From: Squalus acanthias | Lineage: Eukaryota | DNA: 64,000 nucleotides | Reading direction: 5' to 3' | NCBI GenBank assembly: GCA_030390025.1 | Contig: CM059436.1 | Location: 39,556,001-39,620,000, forward strand | Shown here: piece by piece, positions 24,229 to 37,844 of the stretch | How the letters are laid out: each line of letters starts with the position of its first letter | Position numbering within the stretch: position 1 is the first letter of the stretch | Notes under the pieces: generated by a model | What the model was told of the DNA's origin: nothing | Database searches by the model: none | Seen by the model: the letters and a program-made list of their open reading frames with translations, nothing else | Program-made: the position numbers and the translations under genes

Positions 24229-25983
24229 CTACTTTTTGCCCTTCCAGGGTGATCTCCATCCCTTACGCACTTCCCCCCTTCCCACCCTACTGCTCCTCCA
24301 TAATGGGGCCCCAGTGGCTGCAGCAAGGTTGCTGGAAGGCTGCTGAATGTCAGATCCTGAGACTACAGATGCCCTTGAAGGACGCCCTCGACCAGCTCTG
24401 GGCCTAGAGGCCCCGGCTGCAGACTGCACCAACTCTGCATGGGCGGCAGCAGTCTGGGCTGGCTGTGTTACAGGCGGTGGCAAGTGCAATGGGGAAGTGA
24501 CAGTGGTGGGAGCAGGAATGCTGTCATCCTGAGAGAGGACAGCACCTGCCTGCTCGACTTACACACTGGCACTCCCACGGGGCAGCACCTCAGCATCCGG
24601 AGCAATCTGCTGGAGCACAGATTGCCGGCCTGCTGCGGCACCGTGAGAGCCCCGGGGCAATGTGTCCCAACCAGCGACGATGGCAGCAGTCAGTGCTTGC
24701 GTTGAGAGCAGTCTGAGATTGGATCACAGCAGCCAGTGACTGAATTGCAGCACTAAGCAGTTGCGTTGCTTCCGCCTGTGCTGCAGCATATTGCTCCACA
24801 CTCCTTGCCAGTCCATCAATGCTTTCGGGCACCCTTCCCATTGCATCCATGAGCTGAGTGTGCATGTCCACCGCCTGGGTGTTCATTTCCGCGATGAGCC
24901 GCTCTTCCTCTGCGTCCAGTGCAGCAGGACTCACTGGCCTGCTCTCCCTCCGGGGAGAAAGCCCTCGAGCTTCCCTACCCCCATCGCGTTGCTGCAGCCC
25001 GCTGGGTCCCGGAGCTTCACCCTCATCAGACCCTTCCCCCCTGCTCCCCTTCAGGGAAGACGTGGTCCCAGTGTGGGCATGGGCTCCCTCGGGAGACGCT
25101 GGCACTGAGGCTCTGGCTTCCTCTTCCTCCTCGCCTGCGGCATCGCTCCCACTGGCTGCTTGAGGGCCCGTCTCCTCAGCTGCTGATTCACCATCTGAAA
25201 GCAGGGAGGTACAAGAGTGGCTTTAGCGTCAGGACAGGGGGGCAGTAAGGGAGCAAGGACTGGAGCGATTTAGTAAGTTGAATTGAAAGTGTAAGAGCCC
25301 GGTGTTGTGAGGGACAAGTGGAATGAGAGAGGAGAGAACTCTGATAACCTTACCATTGCTGTCCCGAATGGGGTTGACCTCTCCAGCGGCGACGGGACCG
25401 ATCACCTGGCTTGCGACGATCCTGTGGACACGCGCCTCCAGGTCGCTGAGGGTTTGCAGCTGAGGCGGCCCTCCACCCGTCCATTGCTGCTGTCGCCTGT
25501 TGTGAGATAGCTTGGCCTGCAAGAAAAAGGACGGCGTCTGAGTAAATATGCAGCCATGTGCTTGCCTGATGTGCCTCCCATAGTTGAACAGCCCTTAATG
25601 TATGCAAGGTATGGAATGTGCATGTGTGTTTTATGAGATGGCCATAGGTCTTGGATGAGTGTTGGACATTGGGGTTTTTACACCCTCTGACCATAGAGTG
25701 AGGTTGAGATGGAGGGATGGAGAGGTATTGAAAAACAGCCACTCACCCTGACGACCCGAGTGAAGTCGTTGAACTTTTTCCGACATTGTGTATGGGTCTT
25801 GGGCACCATGCTCCTGGAGGAGACGTGATAAGCCACCTCCCTCTACACTCTTCTGTAGTCGCGTGGCAATGGCCTCCTACCACTCTCTGGGTACAGTATT
25901 GCTCTTTGGCGCTCCACTGCGCCAACCAGAGCCACCAAGGCCCGGTTGCTGAAGCGCTGAGCTCGTTCCCTGCCCCTCTCCAT
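24229..25983 (-). pseudogene. Harbinger Myb/SANT-like DNA-binding protein gene (multi-exon, disrupted)
   Basis: Exon 1 at about 25747-25983 (MERGRERAQRFSNRALVALVGAVE..., internal stop) with a GTGAGT donor. Exon 2 at about 25351-25517 (AKLSHNRRQQQWTGGGPP). The last exon is low-complexity coiled coil. Confidence 0.8.
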
Positions 25984-26749
25984 AGTCCTTTGCTGCAGAT
26001 TTGATGCACAGGTCTGTCCAGGCCGAGATTCAAGGCTGTAATGAGCAGGGTGTGGCTGGAGAGCAAGCTCGACCCTCCCCTTTAAGAACTGGCCGGCACA
26101 AGTGTGTCTGTGTTCCATAGCAAACTGACATCACCTGAGCTTCACCCACGCTCTGAGTTAGCGCCTCGCTCCTCGGCCTTTGCGCCTTAAGAGAGGTGTG
26201 TAGCGCCTGATTTAGTGCTCCAATCACCTCCAGGGGCAGTAGAAGCCAAGTTTGCAGGCGGAGGCGATAATTTGCACCAGGCGCTAAACTTTGCGCCCGG
26301 CCGATAATTGCGCCCCAAACGGGGCGATACCGAATTTCTCCCCCATAGAATCTTACAGCACAGAGGGAGGCCATTTGGCCTGTCACGCTTGTGCCGGCTC
26401 TTTGAAAGAGCTGTCCAATTTAGTCCCACACCCCAGCTTTTTCCCCATAACCCTGCAAGTTGGTCCTCTTCAAGTACATGCCCAATTGCCTTTCAAAAGT
26501 TCCGATGGAATTTGATTCCAACTCCCTTTCAGGTAGTGCGTTCCAGATCTTAACAAACCTCTGTGGAAGAAATTTCTTCTCATTTCCCCTCCTCTAGTTC
26601 TTTTGCCAATTATTTGAAATCTATGACCTCTGGTTACCCACCCACTTGCCAGAGGAAATAGTTTCTCTCTACTTGCTCTATCAAAACCCCTCATTATTTT
26701 GAATACCTCGATTAGCTCTCCCCTTAACCTTCTTTGCTCTAAGGAGAAC

Positions 26750-29700
26750 ATAGAAAACATAGAACATAGAAAATAGGTGCAGGAGTAGACCATTCGGTCC
26801 TTCGAGCCTGCACCGCCATTCAATGCGTTCATGGCTGAACATGCTACCTCAGTACCCCATTCCTGCTTTCTCGCCATACCCCTTGATCCCCCTAGTTGTG
26901 AGTATTATATCTAACTCCCTTTTGAATATATTTAGCGAACTGGCCTCAACAACCTTCTGTGGTAGAGAATTCCACAGATTCACCACTCTCTGGGTGAAGA
27001 AGTTCCTCCTCATCTCAGTCTTAAATGGCTTCCCCTTTATCCTTAGACTGTGACCCCTGGTTTTAGTTTTCCCTAACATTGGAAACATTCTGCCCGCATC
27101 TAATTTGTCTAAACCAGTCAGGATTTTAAACATCTCTATAAGATCCCCCCTCATTCTTCTGAACTCCAGAGGATACAAGTTCAGTTGATCCAGTCTTTCT
27201 TGATATGTCAGTCTGGCCATCCCAGGAATCAATCTAGTGAACCTTCGTTGCACTCCCTCAATAGCAAGAATGTCCTTCCTCAAGTTAGGAGACCAAAACT
27301 GCACACAATACTCCAGGTGTGGCCTCACCAAGGCCCTGTGCAACTGTAGCATCACCTCCCTACTCCTGTACTCAAATCCCCTTGCTATGAAGGCCATCAT
27401 GCCATTTGCTTTCTTGACTGCCTGCTGCACTTGCCTTCCCACCTTCAGTGACTGATGTACCATGACGCCCAGGTCTCGTTGCACCTCCCCTTTCCCTAAT
27501 CTGCCACCATTCAGGTAATAGTCTGCCTCCCTATTTTTACCACCAAAGTGGATAACCTCACATTTATCCACATTGTACTTCATCTGCCATACATTTGCCC
27601 ATTCACGCAACCTGTCCAAGTCACTCTGTAGCCTCCTAGCATCCTCCTCATTGTTCACACTGCCTCCCAATTTAGTGTCATCCGCAAATTTGGAGATATT
27701 ACAATTAATCCCTTCGTCCAAATCATTAATATACAATGTAAACAGCTGGGGCCCCAGCACCGAACCCTGCGGTACCCCGCTGGTCACTGCCTGCCATTCT
27801 GAAAAGTACCCATTTACTCCTCTTTGTTTCCTGTGTGCCAACCAGTTCCCAATCCACGTCAACACATTACCCCCAATCCCATGTGCTTTAACTTTGCACA
27901 CCAATCTCTTGTGTGGGACCTTGTCGAAGGCCTTCTGAAAGTCCAAATACACCACATCTACTGGTTCCCCCCCGTCCACCCTATTGGAAACATCCTCAAA
28001 AAATTCCAGAAGATTTGTCAAGCATGATTTCCCTATCACAAATCCATGCTGACTTGGACCTATCATGTCGCCACTTTCCAAATGGTCTGTTATGACATCT
28101 TTAATAATTGATTCCATCATTTTACCCACCACCGATGTCAGGCTGACTGGTCTATAATTCCCTGCTTTCTCCCTCCCTCCTTTTTTAAAAAGAGGGGTTA
28201 CATTAGCCACCCTCCACTCCTTCGGAACTGATCCAGAGTCGAAGGAATGTTGGAAAATGATCGTCAATGCATCCACTATTTCCAAGGCCACCTCCTTAAG
28301 TACTCTGGGATGCAGACCATCAGGCCCTGGGGATTTATCAGCCTTCAGTCCCATCAATTTCCCCAACACCTTTTCCCGACTGATAAGGATTTCCCTCAGC
28401 TCCTCCCTCTTACCAGATCCTTTGATCTCTTTTATTTCCGGAAGGTTGTTTGTGTCCTCCACAGTAAACACCGAACCAAAGTACTTGTTCAATTGATCTG
28501 CCATTTCTTTGTTCCCCATTATGACTTCCCCTGTTTCTGACTGCAGGGGACCTACGTTTGTTTTTACTAACCTCTTTTTACATATTTATAGAAGCTTTTG
28601 CAGTCCGTTTTAATGTTCTCCGCAAGCTTCCTTTCATATTTTATTTTCCCTGCCCTAATCAAACCCTTCGTCCTCCTCTGCTGAGTTTTAAAGTTCTCCC
28701 AGTCCCCGGGTTTGCTGCTACTTCTGGCCAATTTGTATGCCACTTCCTTGCTTTTAATACTATCCCTGATTTCCCTTGTTAGCCATGGTTGAGCCACCTT
28801 CCCTTTTTTATTTTTACGCCAGACAGGGATGTACAATTGCTGTAGTTCATCCATGCGATCTCTAAATGTCTGCCATTGCCCTTCCACTGATAACCCCTTA
28901 AATATCGCTTGCCAATCTAACCTCGCCAATTCACGCCTCATACCCTCAAAGTTGCCCTTATTTAAGTTCTGGACCATGGTCTCTGAATGAACTGTTTCCT
29001 TCTCCATCCTAATGTAGAACTCCACCATACTATGATCACTCTTCCCCAAGGGGCCTCGTACCACAAGATTGCTGATTAGTCCTTCCTCATTACACAACAC
29101 CCAGTCCAGGATGGCCTCCCCTCTGGTTGGTTCCTCAACATATTGGTTTAGGAAACCATCCCTTAAACACTCCAGGAAATCCTCCTCCACCATATTGCTT
29201 CCAGTTTGAGTAGCCCAATCTATATGCATATTAAAGTCACCCATGATAACTGCTGCGCCTTTTTTGCATGCACCTCTGATTTCCTGTTTCATACCCTCCC
29301 CCACCTCACTACTACAGTTTGGAGGTCTGTACACAACCCCCACTAACGTTTTCTGCCCTTTGGTGTTCTGCAGCTCAACCCATATTGATTCCACATCCTC
29401 CAAGCTAATGTCCTTCCTAGCTATTGCACTAATTTCCTTTTAACCAGCAATGCTACCCCACCCCCTTTTCCTTTTATTCTATCCTTCCTGAATGTTGAAT
29501 ACCACTGGATATTCAGTGCCCAGCCTTGATTGTTCTGGAGCCACGTCTCTGTAATCCCAATCACATCATATCCGTTAACATCAATTTGCACAGTCAATTC
29601 ATCCACCTTATTACGGATACTCCTTGCATTAAGACACAGAGCCTTTAGGCTTGTTTTATTAACACCCTTTGTCCTTTTAGACTTATGATTTAGTATGGCC

Positions 29701-30350
29701 CTTTGTGTTTCTTGCCTTTGTTTACTCGGATTTCCCTTATTGTTTCTCACCCTTCTAACATTTGTTTCTGACTGCATATTACTTCTCCCTGTTTCGCTAC
29801 ATAGGTTCCCATTCCCCTGCCATATTAGTTTAAATCCTCCCGAACTGCCTTAGCAAATATTACCCCGAGGACATCGGTTCCAGTCCTGCCCAAGTGCAGA
29901 CCGTCCCTTTTGTACAGGTCCCACTTCCCCCAGAACTGGTTCCAATGCCTCAGGTATTTGAATCCCTCCCTCCTGCACCACTGCTCAAGCCACGTATTTA
30001 ATCTCGCTATCCTGTTCATGCTACTCTGATTAGCACGTGGCACTGGTAGCAACCCAGAGATTACTACCTTTGAGGTCCTACTTTTCAATTTAGCTCCTAG
30101 CTCCCTAAATTCTGCTTGTAGGACCTCTTCCCGCTTTTTACCTATATCGTTGGTACCTACATGCACCACGACAGCTGGCTCTTCACCCTCCCTTTCCAGA
30201 ATGTTCTGCAGCCGCTCCGAGACATCCTTGACCCTTGCACCAGGGAGGCAACATACCATCCTGGAATCTCGGTTGCGGCCACAGAAACTCCTGTCTATTC
30301 CCCTTACAATTGAGTCCCCTATCACTATAGCTCTACCACTCTTTTTCCTG
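26750..30350 (-). mobile_element. Long, relatively young CR1 LINE (partial ORF1 esterase plus ORF2 APE-RT)
   Basis: ORF1 fragment has SGNH motifs GDS, HVGTND and DGLH. ORF2 is in three frames (29421-29777, 28567-29403, 26849-28519) with ITETW, GDFN, SDH, GVPQGSVLGP and FADD. The tail is a (TTCTATGT)n-like repeat. Confidence 0.95.
26849..29777 (-). pseudogene. CR1 ORF2 (AP endonuclease and reverse transcriptase), two frameshifts
   Basis: Three consecutive ORFs of 118, 278 and 556 aa reconstruct an essentially complete ORF2. Confidence 0.9.
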
Positions 30351-30759
30351 CCCAACTTCTCCAATCTCTCTACATAACTGAACTCCCTCATCCCTGGTAT
30401 CATCCTGGCCAACCTCCTCTGTACCCTCTCCAGGGCCTTGACATCCTTCCTAAAGTGTGGTGCCCAGAATTGGACTGCAGCTGAGGCAACATTTTGTAAA
30501 TGTTTCGCATGACTTCCTTGTTTTTGTATTCAGTGCCCCCAATTACAAAGCTAAGTATCCCATACGCTTTCTTAGCCACCTTCTCAACTTACTCTGGAAC
30601 CTTCAAAGATTTGTGAATATGCACCCCAAAGTCCCTCTGTTCTTGAACCCCCCTCAAAATAGTACCATTTAGATCATACTGCCTCTGCTTCTAATGGGCA
30701 AGTCGGTACTAAAGCGATTTGCTCACTATACATGTTGGATAGTTTAAAGGGGTAGCGCT

Positions 30760-31000
30760 AATACTATTGAACATGACTGTAGCAAATCACTAATGAAGCT
30801 GTAACCCCACACCACTTAGAAGGGATTAAGTACACAAGCTAATTGGACCTTAACGAGGTGCTATTTACTTATTGAACATGTTTGTTATTGCAGTCGGTGC
30901 CGAATAGCGCAAGCTGTAACCCGACACCCATTAGAGGTGATTAAGTACACAAGGTAAGCGCACCTTAATAAGATGCGAACTACTGAATGAACACCTGTTT
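30760..31000. repeat. Diverged tandem repeat with ~115-bp period
   Basis: AAGCTGTAACCC.ACACC..TTAGA.G.GATTAAGTACACAAG occurs at about 30796 and 30911, with a partial unit near 30760. Confidence 0.65.
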
Positions 31001-34000
31001 CTGCCCGAAATACACGGAGTGCTTAGCACGCTGTAAGCAACAACTTTGTAATTGATTATCACGGAAATGAAAAATGGTTAGTGCTTTTTGGCCAATTTAA
31101 ATGATTGCCTGATTTAAACGTGGGTGGTTTAAGTGGTAGAGACAGCACTTGCAGAATCCCTGTGGTGTTGTAAGCAGCGAGTAGGATGATACAATCGGGG
31201 TGTTATCAACAGAGTGTGACTGGGAAAGTGTTACAGGAAATAAGTGTGATAATTATAGGAAAGACGTTTAGTATATTGTATAGGTTTCAATGGCATTCCG
31301 CTGCCGGTGAGTGAAGTGCTGCATATGTGTTTTAAGTGCAAGTATGAGTAAGTTCTATGATTCTGGAGAACAGAGTGATGTAAAGCCAGCAATAGAAATT
31401 GGTGCTGCCTGCTGCACTTCTCTAAAGCAGAAACGCGTTCAAAATCTACAACAATTAGGAAACATTTGGTACCCAGTCAAAACAAATAAAACAAATAACA
31501 GTTAAAAGGGAATGGTGGGGGAGTTCAGGTGAGTGGGGCAACCCAGACCTCGGAAGAACAGGTTAGTGTTTAGCTTTTTGGAAAAAAAATTGTATTGGCC
31601 TCCTAAACTGAGGGGAGCTGGATGAGGCCTCGAGGAAGTGGGATGTGTCCTGGTTACCCCTTCCCCCCCCGATTTTCTAGTCACATGGGGCAGGCAGTGG
31701 CTGTAGATGCATCTGTAGTGGCATGGGCACCCATCAACCCCATACAAGTGATATGCCTTGCTACTGACACTACAATCTCCGACGGGGTCAGTGTTGGAGG
31801 ACATTTAGCAACTACTTGTGTCAATTTGTGTCAACTACTAGTTGTCAATTTGTGAAATATACTGCCACCTAGCCCAGTGAATGCAGTTTTAGTTAAACTA
31901 TTCAGATTCCTGATTCAGTGGCAATTAGAGGGCTATGGTCTTGCTAACAGAGCAGAACCCGAATGTCCCATTCATGTACTGTATATAGACCTAAACAATG
32001 GGAGGAGTGTGGTATTTCCTTTGTGAACTATGTATAGGGATATCAGAAATGCATTTATAAAGAATGCACTTATTATTTTCCTACACATAGCACACTGAGT
32101 GTTGCTTCTTGCTACTCCAGTTTGGTGAAAAAATTAGCTTTTTCTTATTCGTATCTTCCTGTGTCCTAATGTGATTTAAGTTCTGCTTTAAACTCGCAGG
32201 TTGGTTAAAAAAAGATCAGCAATACATTAAGGGCTGCTTCAATTGTTGGACAATTCCCTCTTAACTAATTCAGCTGCTGGGTGTTTTACCTGGTGACAGG
32301 TTCTTGCATGCACTAAGCAAATTCCCAACTGGTGTCTGGCCATTTAAAGAAACAACGCACAGATTATATTTGGAATTTATAACTAAGCCTATTACAATAG
32401 AATATTTATTACAAGCCAATAATAGGATCACTGAGTAAGTGTCAGCAGTAACAGATCACTTGCTTGGATCGCTGGAACTGTGTAACAGAATGAAAATCCT
32501 CATTAGCATTTTAGTGGTGCAACATGAAAAGACTGAATTATACAAGGACCTAGACTGGAACAATAGGCATTAAATATTGTGGCTGCCAGTATGGAACAAA
32601 GGGTACTACTATATTTAGAAATGGAACTTCTTTCTATTCCTCACTGTCAGTTTTCTGATAGTCTGGGCAGCTTGGGATTGAATTTCTGCGGGGGTTCTCC
32701 CGATTACACACTGTAACTTTGGCAGAGAATTTGCAGAAATCCTGGAGAAATGGCATAAATGCTGTTTACCCTGTTTCTCTGGGGTTTCCGTGGACGTTTC
32801 TTACACCAGTAAAGTGAAGGGAAATATTTGCTCTCAGTATTTATCTTGGGGTGAAACACAGTGGTCTGGAGTTTCCTCCGTATTTGCACCTAAAGATACT
32901 CATAATATGGGCGCAAACCAATCACGTGGCTTAAAAGATCATGGAATTCTGCTCAGTATTTTCTGTTTTATTAAATGAATTTTTATGGCAAAGCATAAGT
33001 TACATTAAAAGCTTCACTGCCTGATGTGCCTGAATGAGTTGAAACTTAAATTTTCATACTTAAAAAAGAAATATATATCGTGGATTTGGCGCGTTCCTTG
33101 AGTCCTGAATGTTTCCACTGATTTACCCCTATTCTATGTTCAGCTGTATTCCAATAAGATTGGGAGGGTACATGGGCGTAACTTGACATCAGAAAAATGG
33201 GCATGACATTGGGTGTATTTTAGGTCTAACAGAGGAAACTCCCGGAGCAGCACACCTGCTCCTCCACAAGAAAAGTATAAAACTACCCTTCCTGAACACA
33301 AGATCCCCATGAGATGGCTCCCGAAGCTGATCCTACTGATGTCGGAAAGCGGCTTCCGGGTCGTGCGATTTTTCCATCGCTTCCCATTCTGGGCAGGAAG
33401 TCAGATTGCGGGATTTAAATGAGGCCTGGGAGTTAAAATAGCCTGACTTCATTTCTGGAGCAACGGGTGAGTTTCCAAAGGATGAATTCAAGAAATGTAT
33501 GCTGTTGGATGTGGGCCAGTATGCCTACCAGTTGTACAAAACTAAAACCAACATGAAACCCCCATGTAACTCTGTTATTCCTCTATATCATATTTTTTTT
33601 TATATCTTCAAACCATTTTTTAGTTGCTTCAATTTTGCTCAAAGCAGTGTTACCTCAGGGTAAGTTGATTTCACAGGTGTGCAGAAGGATTATAATGAGA
33701 AACAGTAGTAAAGACATCCAACATATGAGGTGGAAAATTGCAGGGAAATAATTTGCATAAAGTAATTTCATTTTTTTCCATAGATTTTATATTTAAACCT
33801 AACAAAGCGGAAATTATCAAATATATTTCTTGCTACAGAAATGTTTTAAGTTAACATTACCCGCCAGATAACCACCAGATAAAGATGATACTAGATGTTG
33901 GGGAATGTGCTTTCAATGTAAAGTGCTTACCTCCTGTATCTCACAGCCTTAAAAGTTACTCTATTTTTCCCTCTTATTGAGGTCTTCCTACACTTTGTGC

Positions 34001-35789
34001 ATTCCCCATTCATGAGTAAGGGCAAGAAATTTGTATGTAGAACTCTATCATTCTGTGTATGGTATGCGAAGAGGCCAAGGTAACTCAGTTTTCCCTTCCT
34101 GTGGGAAGTGACTGTCAGCTATTTCCTGTCTCCTCCTGTGACATAGCTGAGATTGGGAACCTACTGCATGGCTAATCATGGACAAAAATCCACATCCCAC
34201 CACTCTGCAGTACAGTGAACTGAGATTACCAACACGGTGTATTATTGTTCAACCCGAAAAAACTTTCGATCTACAAAGAATAATCCTATTCTAAAGGGCT
34301 TCTTCCTAGAGTACAGATCTCTAGAGATTCAAACAGATGCAAAGCGGATGTGCTCCACCGACATCTGGCAAGAGGTTCTCGGAACAGTGTGTTGGCTAGC
34401 TTCCACTGAGTCATGCATAGCCAGGGTACAAACTAATCGGGAGATGTATTTTTCTTTTTAAAGCACTCGGTTGAGTCATGCTGAGGTCTCAGCATATTAC
34501 CAGAAAAACAATGTAGCACACCTTGGTAGTCACTGTCAAAAGAAGAAAAAGACAACTCTTAGTCAGTCTGCACACAGATTAACTAGATAGTATGTAGTGT
34601 TAAGAGGTATGCCCATCAGGATCCTTGTGCCTGATCTTGGGGGAAGCCCATCTGCTTTACATCTACATTAGTGAAATGTCTGGCATCTAACACTTCACAG
34701 CAGGGTTTCTTAGTAGAGATATGATTTATTTGTAGACAGAAGTGTATTTTTAAGTTCGGAGAAGCAAAGTATATAAAGACCACTGCTGCGGGAGGAATTA
34801 GCTCATAAAATTGGATCAGCATGCCATTGCAGCAAAGGCGCAACTATGCCATCATTTACATGGAAAGAATTTCAAGTTGTGGAAGTGGCTACGTTATGAG
34901 CCAGGTGATGCCACATTAGAGGCTTGAAAATTATGTAAATAAATTCCCCACTCCATTTCACCAACATGGATTTCTTGAGTTGATCCCCTAGCCTGTCCAA
35001 TCCAGCCATGACAGAATCCTGTAACTTGGAGCCCAGGGTTTGAAAAGCCACAGTCACAATCACAGTTTTCACAAGAAAAACTTTGTACAAGGTCCCTCTA
35101 TCCTTGGGAATCTCCTGTCGATAGTCCTGAAGTTACTATGCACCCCATTGCATAATCCAGTTGTGCAAATCCATGGCGGTTTGCTGCAGAGAGATTGGAG
35201 ATGCACTCCTCCACATTTTTAGGCAACCCTTGTGTTTGTTGTAATCTCACAAGATGACATGAAGGCCTTTTGGTTATCAATCAGTTCCATTTTGAAGGAA
35301 AGCCCAGTAAGGTCCTATTCTCTGGCCCAAACAGCGGAGGAAAATCTTGGGCTGGAAGCTTGGGCAGTTGCTAGCTGTTCCTTGGCTGTCACCTCCTCAC
35401 TTTTAATGGGTGCTTCACAAAGTGCTCCCACCTCAAATTCTTTCTGTGCTGGTGCTTGTGACAGATGAAGTGTGTAATGCAATCTTCTATAATGTATCTG
35501 ACTGCTAGCTAGTGCCATTGCCTCATCTTGGGAAGAACCTATAGGAAGGGAAGAAGAAGATGCGTCACAATATGAAATGCCTTCCAATATATGTCTTTCT
35601 TCAATATATTGTACGTCATTCTACTTTTACCCAATGTATGCATGATTGTTACTTAGAACACCCTTGCAACACAGTTGGAGTAACAATGGAACTAAGAAAA
35701 GGAGAATGCTTGCTGAATGGGGGCAGTAAATCTCCCAAATCTCCCTCCCTAATTCTTCCACATCCTCCATTCTAAAGATGTCTATGGCC

Positions 35790-35837
35790 TTCTCTTCAAA
35801 ACAGGGAAGCTCCTTCTCTTCAAAACAGGGAAGCTCC
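35790..35837. repeat. Perfect 24-bp tandem duplication
   Basis: TTCTCTTCAAAACAGGGAAGCTCC appears twice in tandem. Confidence 0.85.
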
Positions 35838-36564
35838 TTCAATTCAGCTGACTTTTACTGGTGTGTATGTGTGCTCATCTAGATGTTTGGGTCATTTTCC
35901 TGAGTGTATGTTGATGGCAGAGAACCTGCTCTCCACAATTGCATTTTAGGAAAATTGCAGCCACCTTACCTGTGATTTTCCATCCATTGATTTTAATTGA
36001 AAAATTGCAGGCAGGGCACCCATGATTTTCCAATATGTATTGGTAGTGGGCGAGGTTCTCCACCACCAGTGCAAACTTGAAAAATTACCCCCTTTATAAT
36101 CTTATGCTAAAAGGCAATTAATGACAAATCAAAGGAAAGAAATGAAAAAATTGAAGAAAGATATAATTGATGATTGCATTGTTTACATATGTGTGACTGG
36201 TTTAATTGTTCTGAGATCTGGTGCAGTTGCATTAAGTCCTGATTTCAAAACAAGGACAGCATATTGCAGCTGCATTTTCTGCAATCTTTACAATTTATCA
36301 CCAGTATCATATTGTTGCATCGGACTGAAAAATAATGCAAGTATAGACTATGTGGAATCTCCCCCAGCTTAGACAATGGACGAAACAATACTGTATGGGA
36401 AAAAAGTAATAAACGGATGGAAACCATACCTACGCAAGTATGGCATACATAGCAAAGCAGGTATAAAATGCTGAGCAAAACATCCTTAATTAAAATGTGC
36501 ATTCTCTTTGTATACTTTTCTATATATAGATTTAATAGATTTGGATGAGGTCAACTAAGAAGTG

Positions 36565-36980
36565 TTGGTTTAGCTCAATTAATTGCACTCTCACTTTTGG
36601 GTTAGAGATTTGTGAGTTCAAACCCCACACCAGAATTTGTGTGCATAGTTTATACTGATACTCCAGCATTACTGGGAAATTGTTGCACTGTTGGAGATTT
36701 TGTTCTTTAGGTGAGGTGTTAAACTAAGGTCTTTTTTCTCTGTTTAGGTGGATATTAAAAATACCATAATGCTGAATGCTGAAGGAGTTATCCTGGTTGC
36801 CTGGCAAATATTTCTCTCTCAACTAATACTACCACCCAAAAAAAACAACTGATCATTCATCCTACTGCTGGTGCAGAGTGGTTGCTGTGTTTGCTTTACA
36901 TAACAACAGTTGCTGAACTCCAAAAGTAAAATATTGTGGAAGTGCTTTTAAATGTGAGAATGTGCTATATAAACACAAGT
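36565..36980 (+). mobile_element. Old tRNA-derived Deu-domain SINE (SacSINE1-like)
   Basis: Degenerate tRNA-like head (TTAGCTCAATT... GAGTTCAAACCCC), a Deu-like core (TTGCACTGTTGGAG...GGTGAGGTGTTAAAC...TATTTCTCTCTCAAC) and an L2-type tail GCTATATAAA..CAAGT. Family assigned from memory of the consensus. Confidence 0.65.
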
Positions 36981-37844
36981 AGTAATTATTTTAAGTAGAA
37001 CACAAAACACTGAACTTTTTCATTCCAATTTCTATCAGTTCTAAAGTTAATGAAGTACTGCTACAAATATTTCTTCGGTATAAATTCGTTATAAATGATC
37101 AACAAAAATAAGCGTAGTGGGTTTCAAAGCTGAGAGCCATGCAGAAAAAGTGGTGGAGTGACAACGCTGAGGAACAGATGTACACTGACACATATGTAGA
37201 GGGTGGTGGTTTGTGTCAGCTTCACCTCTGACTTCTGAGCGGTTCGAATCGCTCCCACTCCCTTGGTTCTAGACCTTGGACTTATTTGGGGTCAATTTGG
37301 GGTTGTGACAAAAAGTGCAGCAGACAATTGGTTTTGATGCAAGAACTTTGATCTTTATTCAAGAAAGTAAAACACCACACAAACACTCTTAACACTCTAA
37401 AAGTGGGGAAGACTTCGGTACAAGCGAGGGAAATAACATTAGAAGAATACTTCACCCCTCCCAATCCCACTTTACTAGCTAAGTTAGACTCCAGAGGACC
37501 AGGGATGATACTCACCAGAATCCTTGACAGTTAGGTTAGTTCACGGTTTTGGGGTTCACTCTATATGTCGGTTGGTGTCTGCCATACCCCGTACGCGGTA
37601 GAGGACTTCAACTGCGTATCTGGTCAGTCTTCGCGAGTCCGCTGATGCGGTAGGGTGCGTATTGGATTTATCAGGTGAGTACCCACTTTTCTTTGGTTTA
37701 GAAGTAGGGTTTAGAGTTTTTTAAGGGAAAATCTTACCCAGGGGTAAGTCAGGAGTGGATTGTAGAGTGGAAACTTTGCGGTTCTTCAGTTTTTCTTCAA
37801 GTTGGTTTTCTGTGGTCGTGGTGGCCCAAATATTGATACTTGGT

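Larger units (their letters stand above)
22266..26344 (+). mobile_element. Full-length Harbinger transposon (4.1 kb)
   Basis: TIRs GGGGGAAAAATTC / GAATTTCTCCCCC with a perfect TSD ATA. Convergent transposase and Myb/SANT genes. Inserted in the 3' tail of a CR1. Confidence 0.95.
26348..30690 (-). mobile_element. Older CR1 fragment split by a younger CR1 (pieces 26348-26749 and 30351-30690)
   Basis: The two pieces join as continuous CR1 coding sequence (...FSYVERLEKLG | FSLEQRRLRGELIEVFKI...). Confidence 0.8.

Noticed and set aside
29825-30412. Stand-alone SGNH/GDSL esterase gene
   Set aside because: It is the known esterase domain of CR1 ORF1, fused by insertion to another CR1 fragment.
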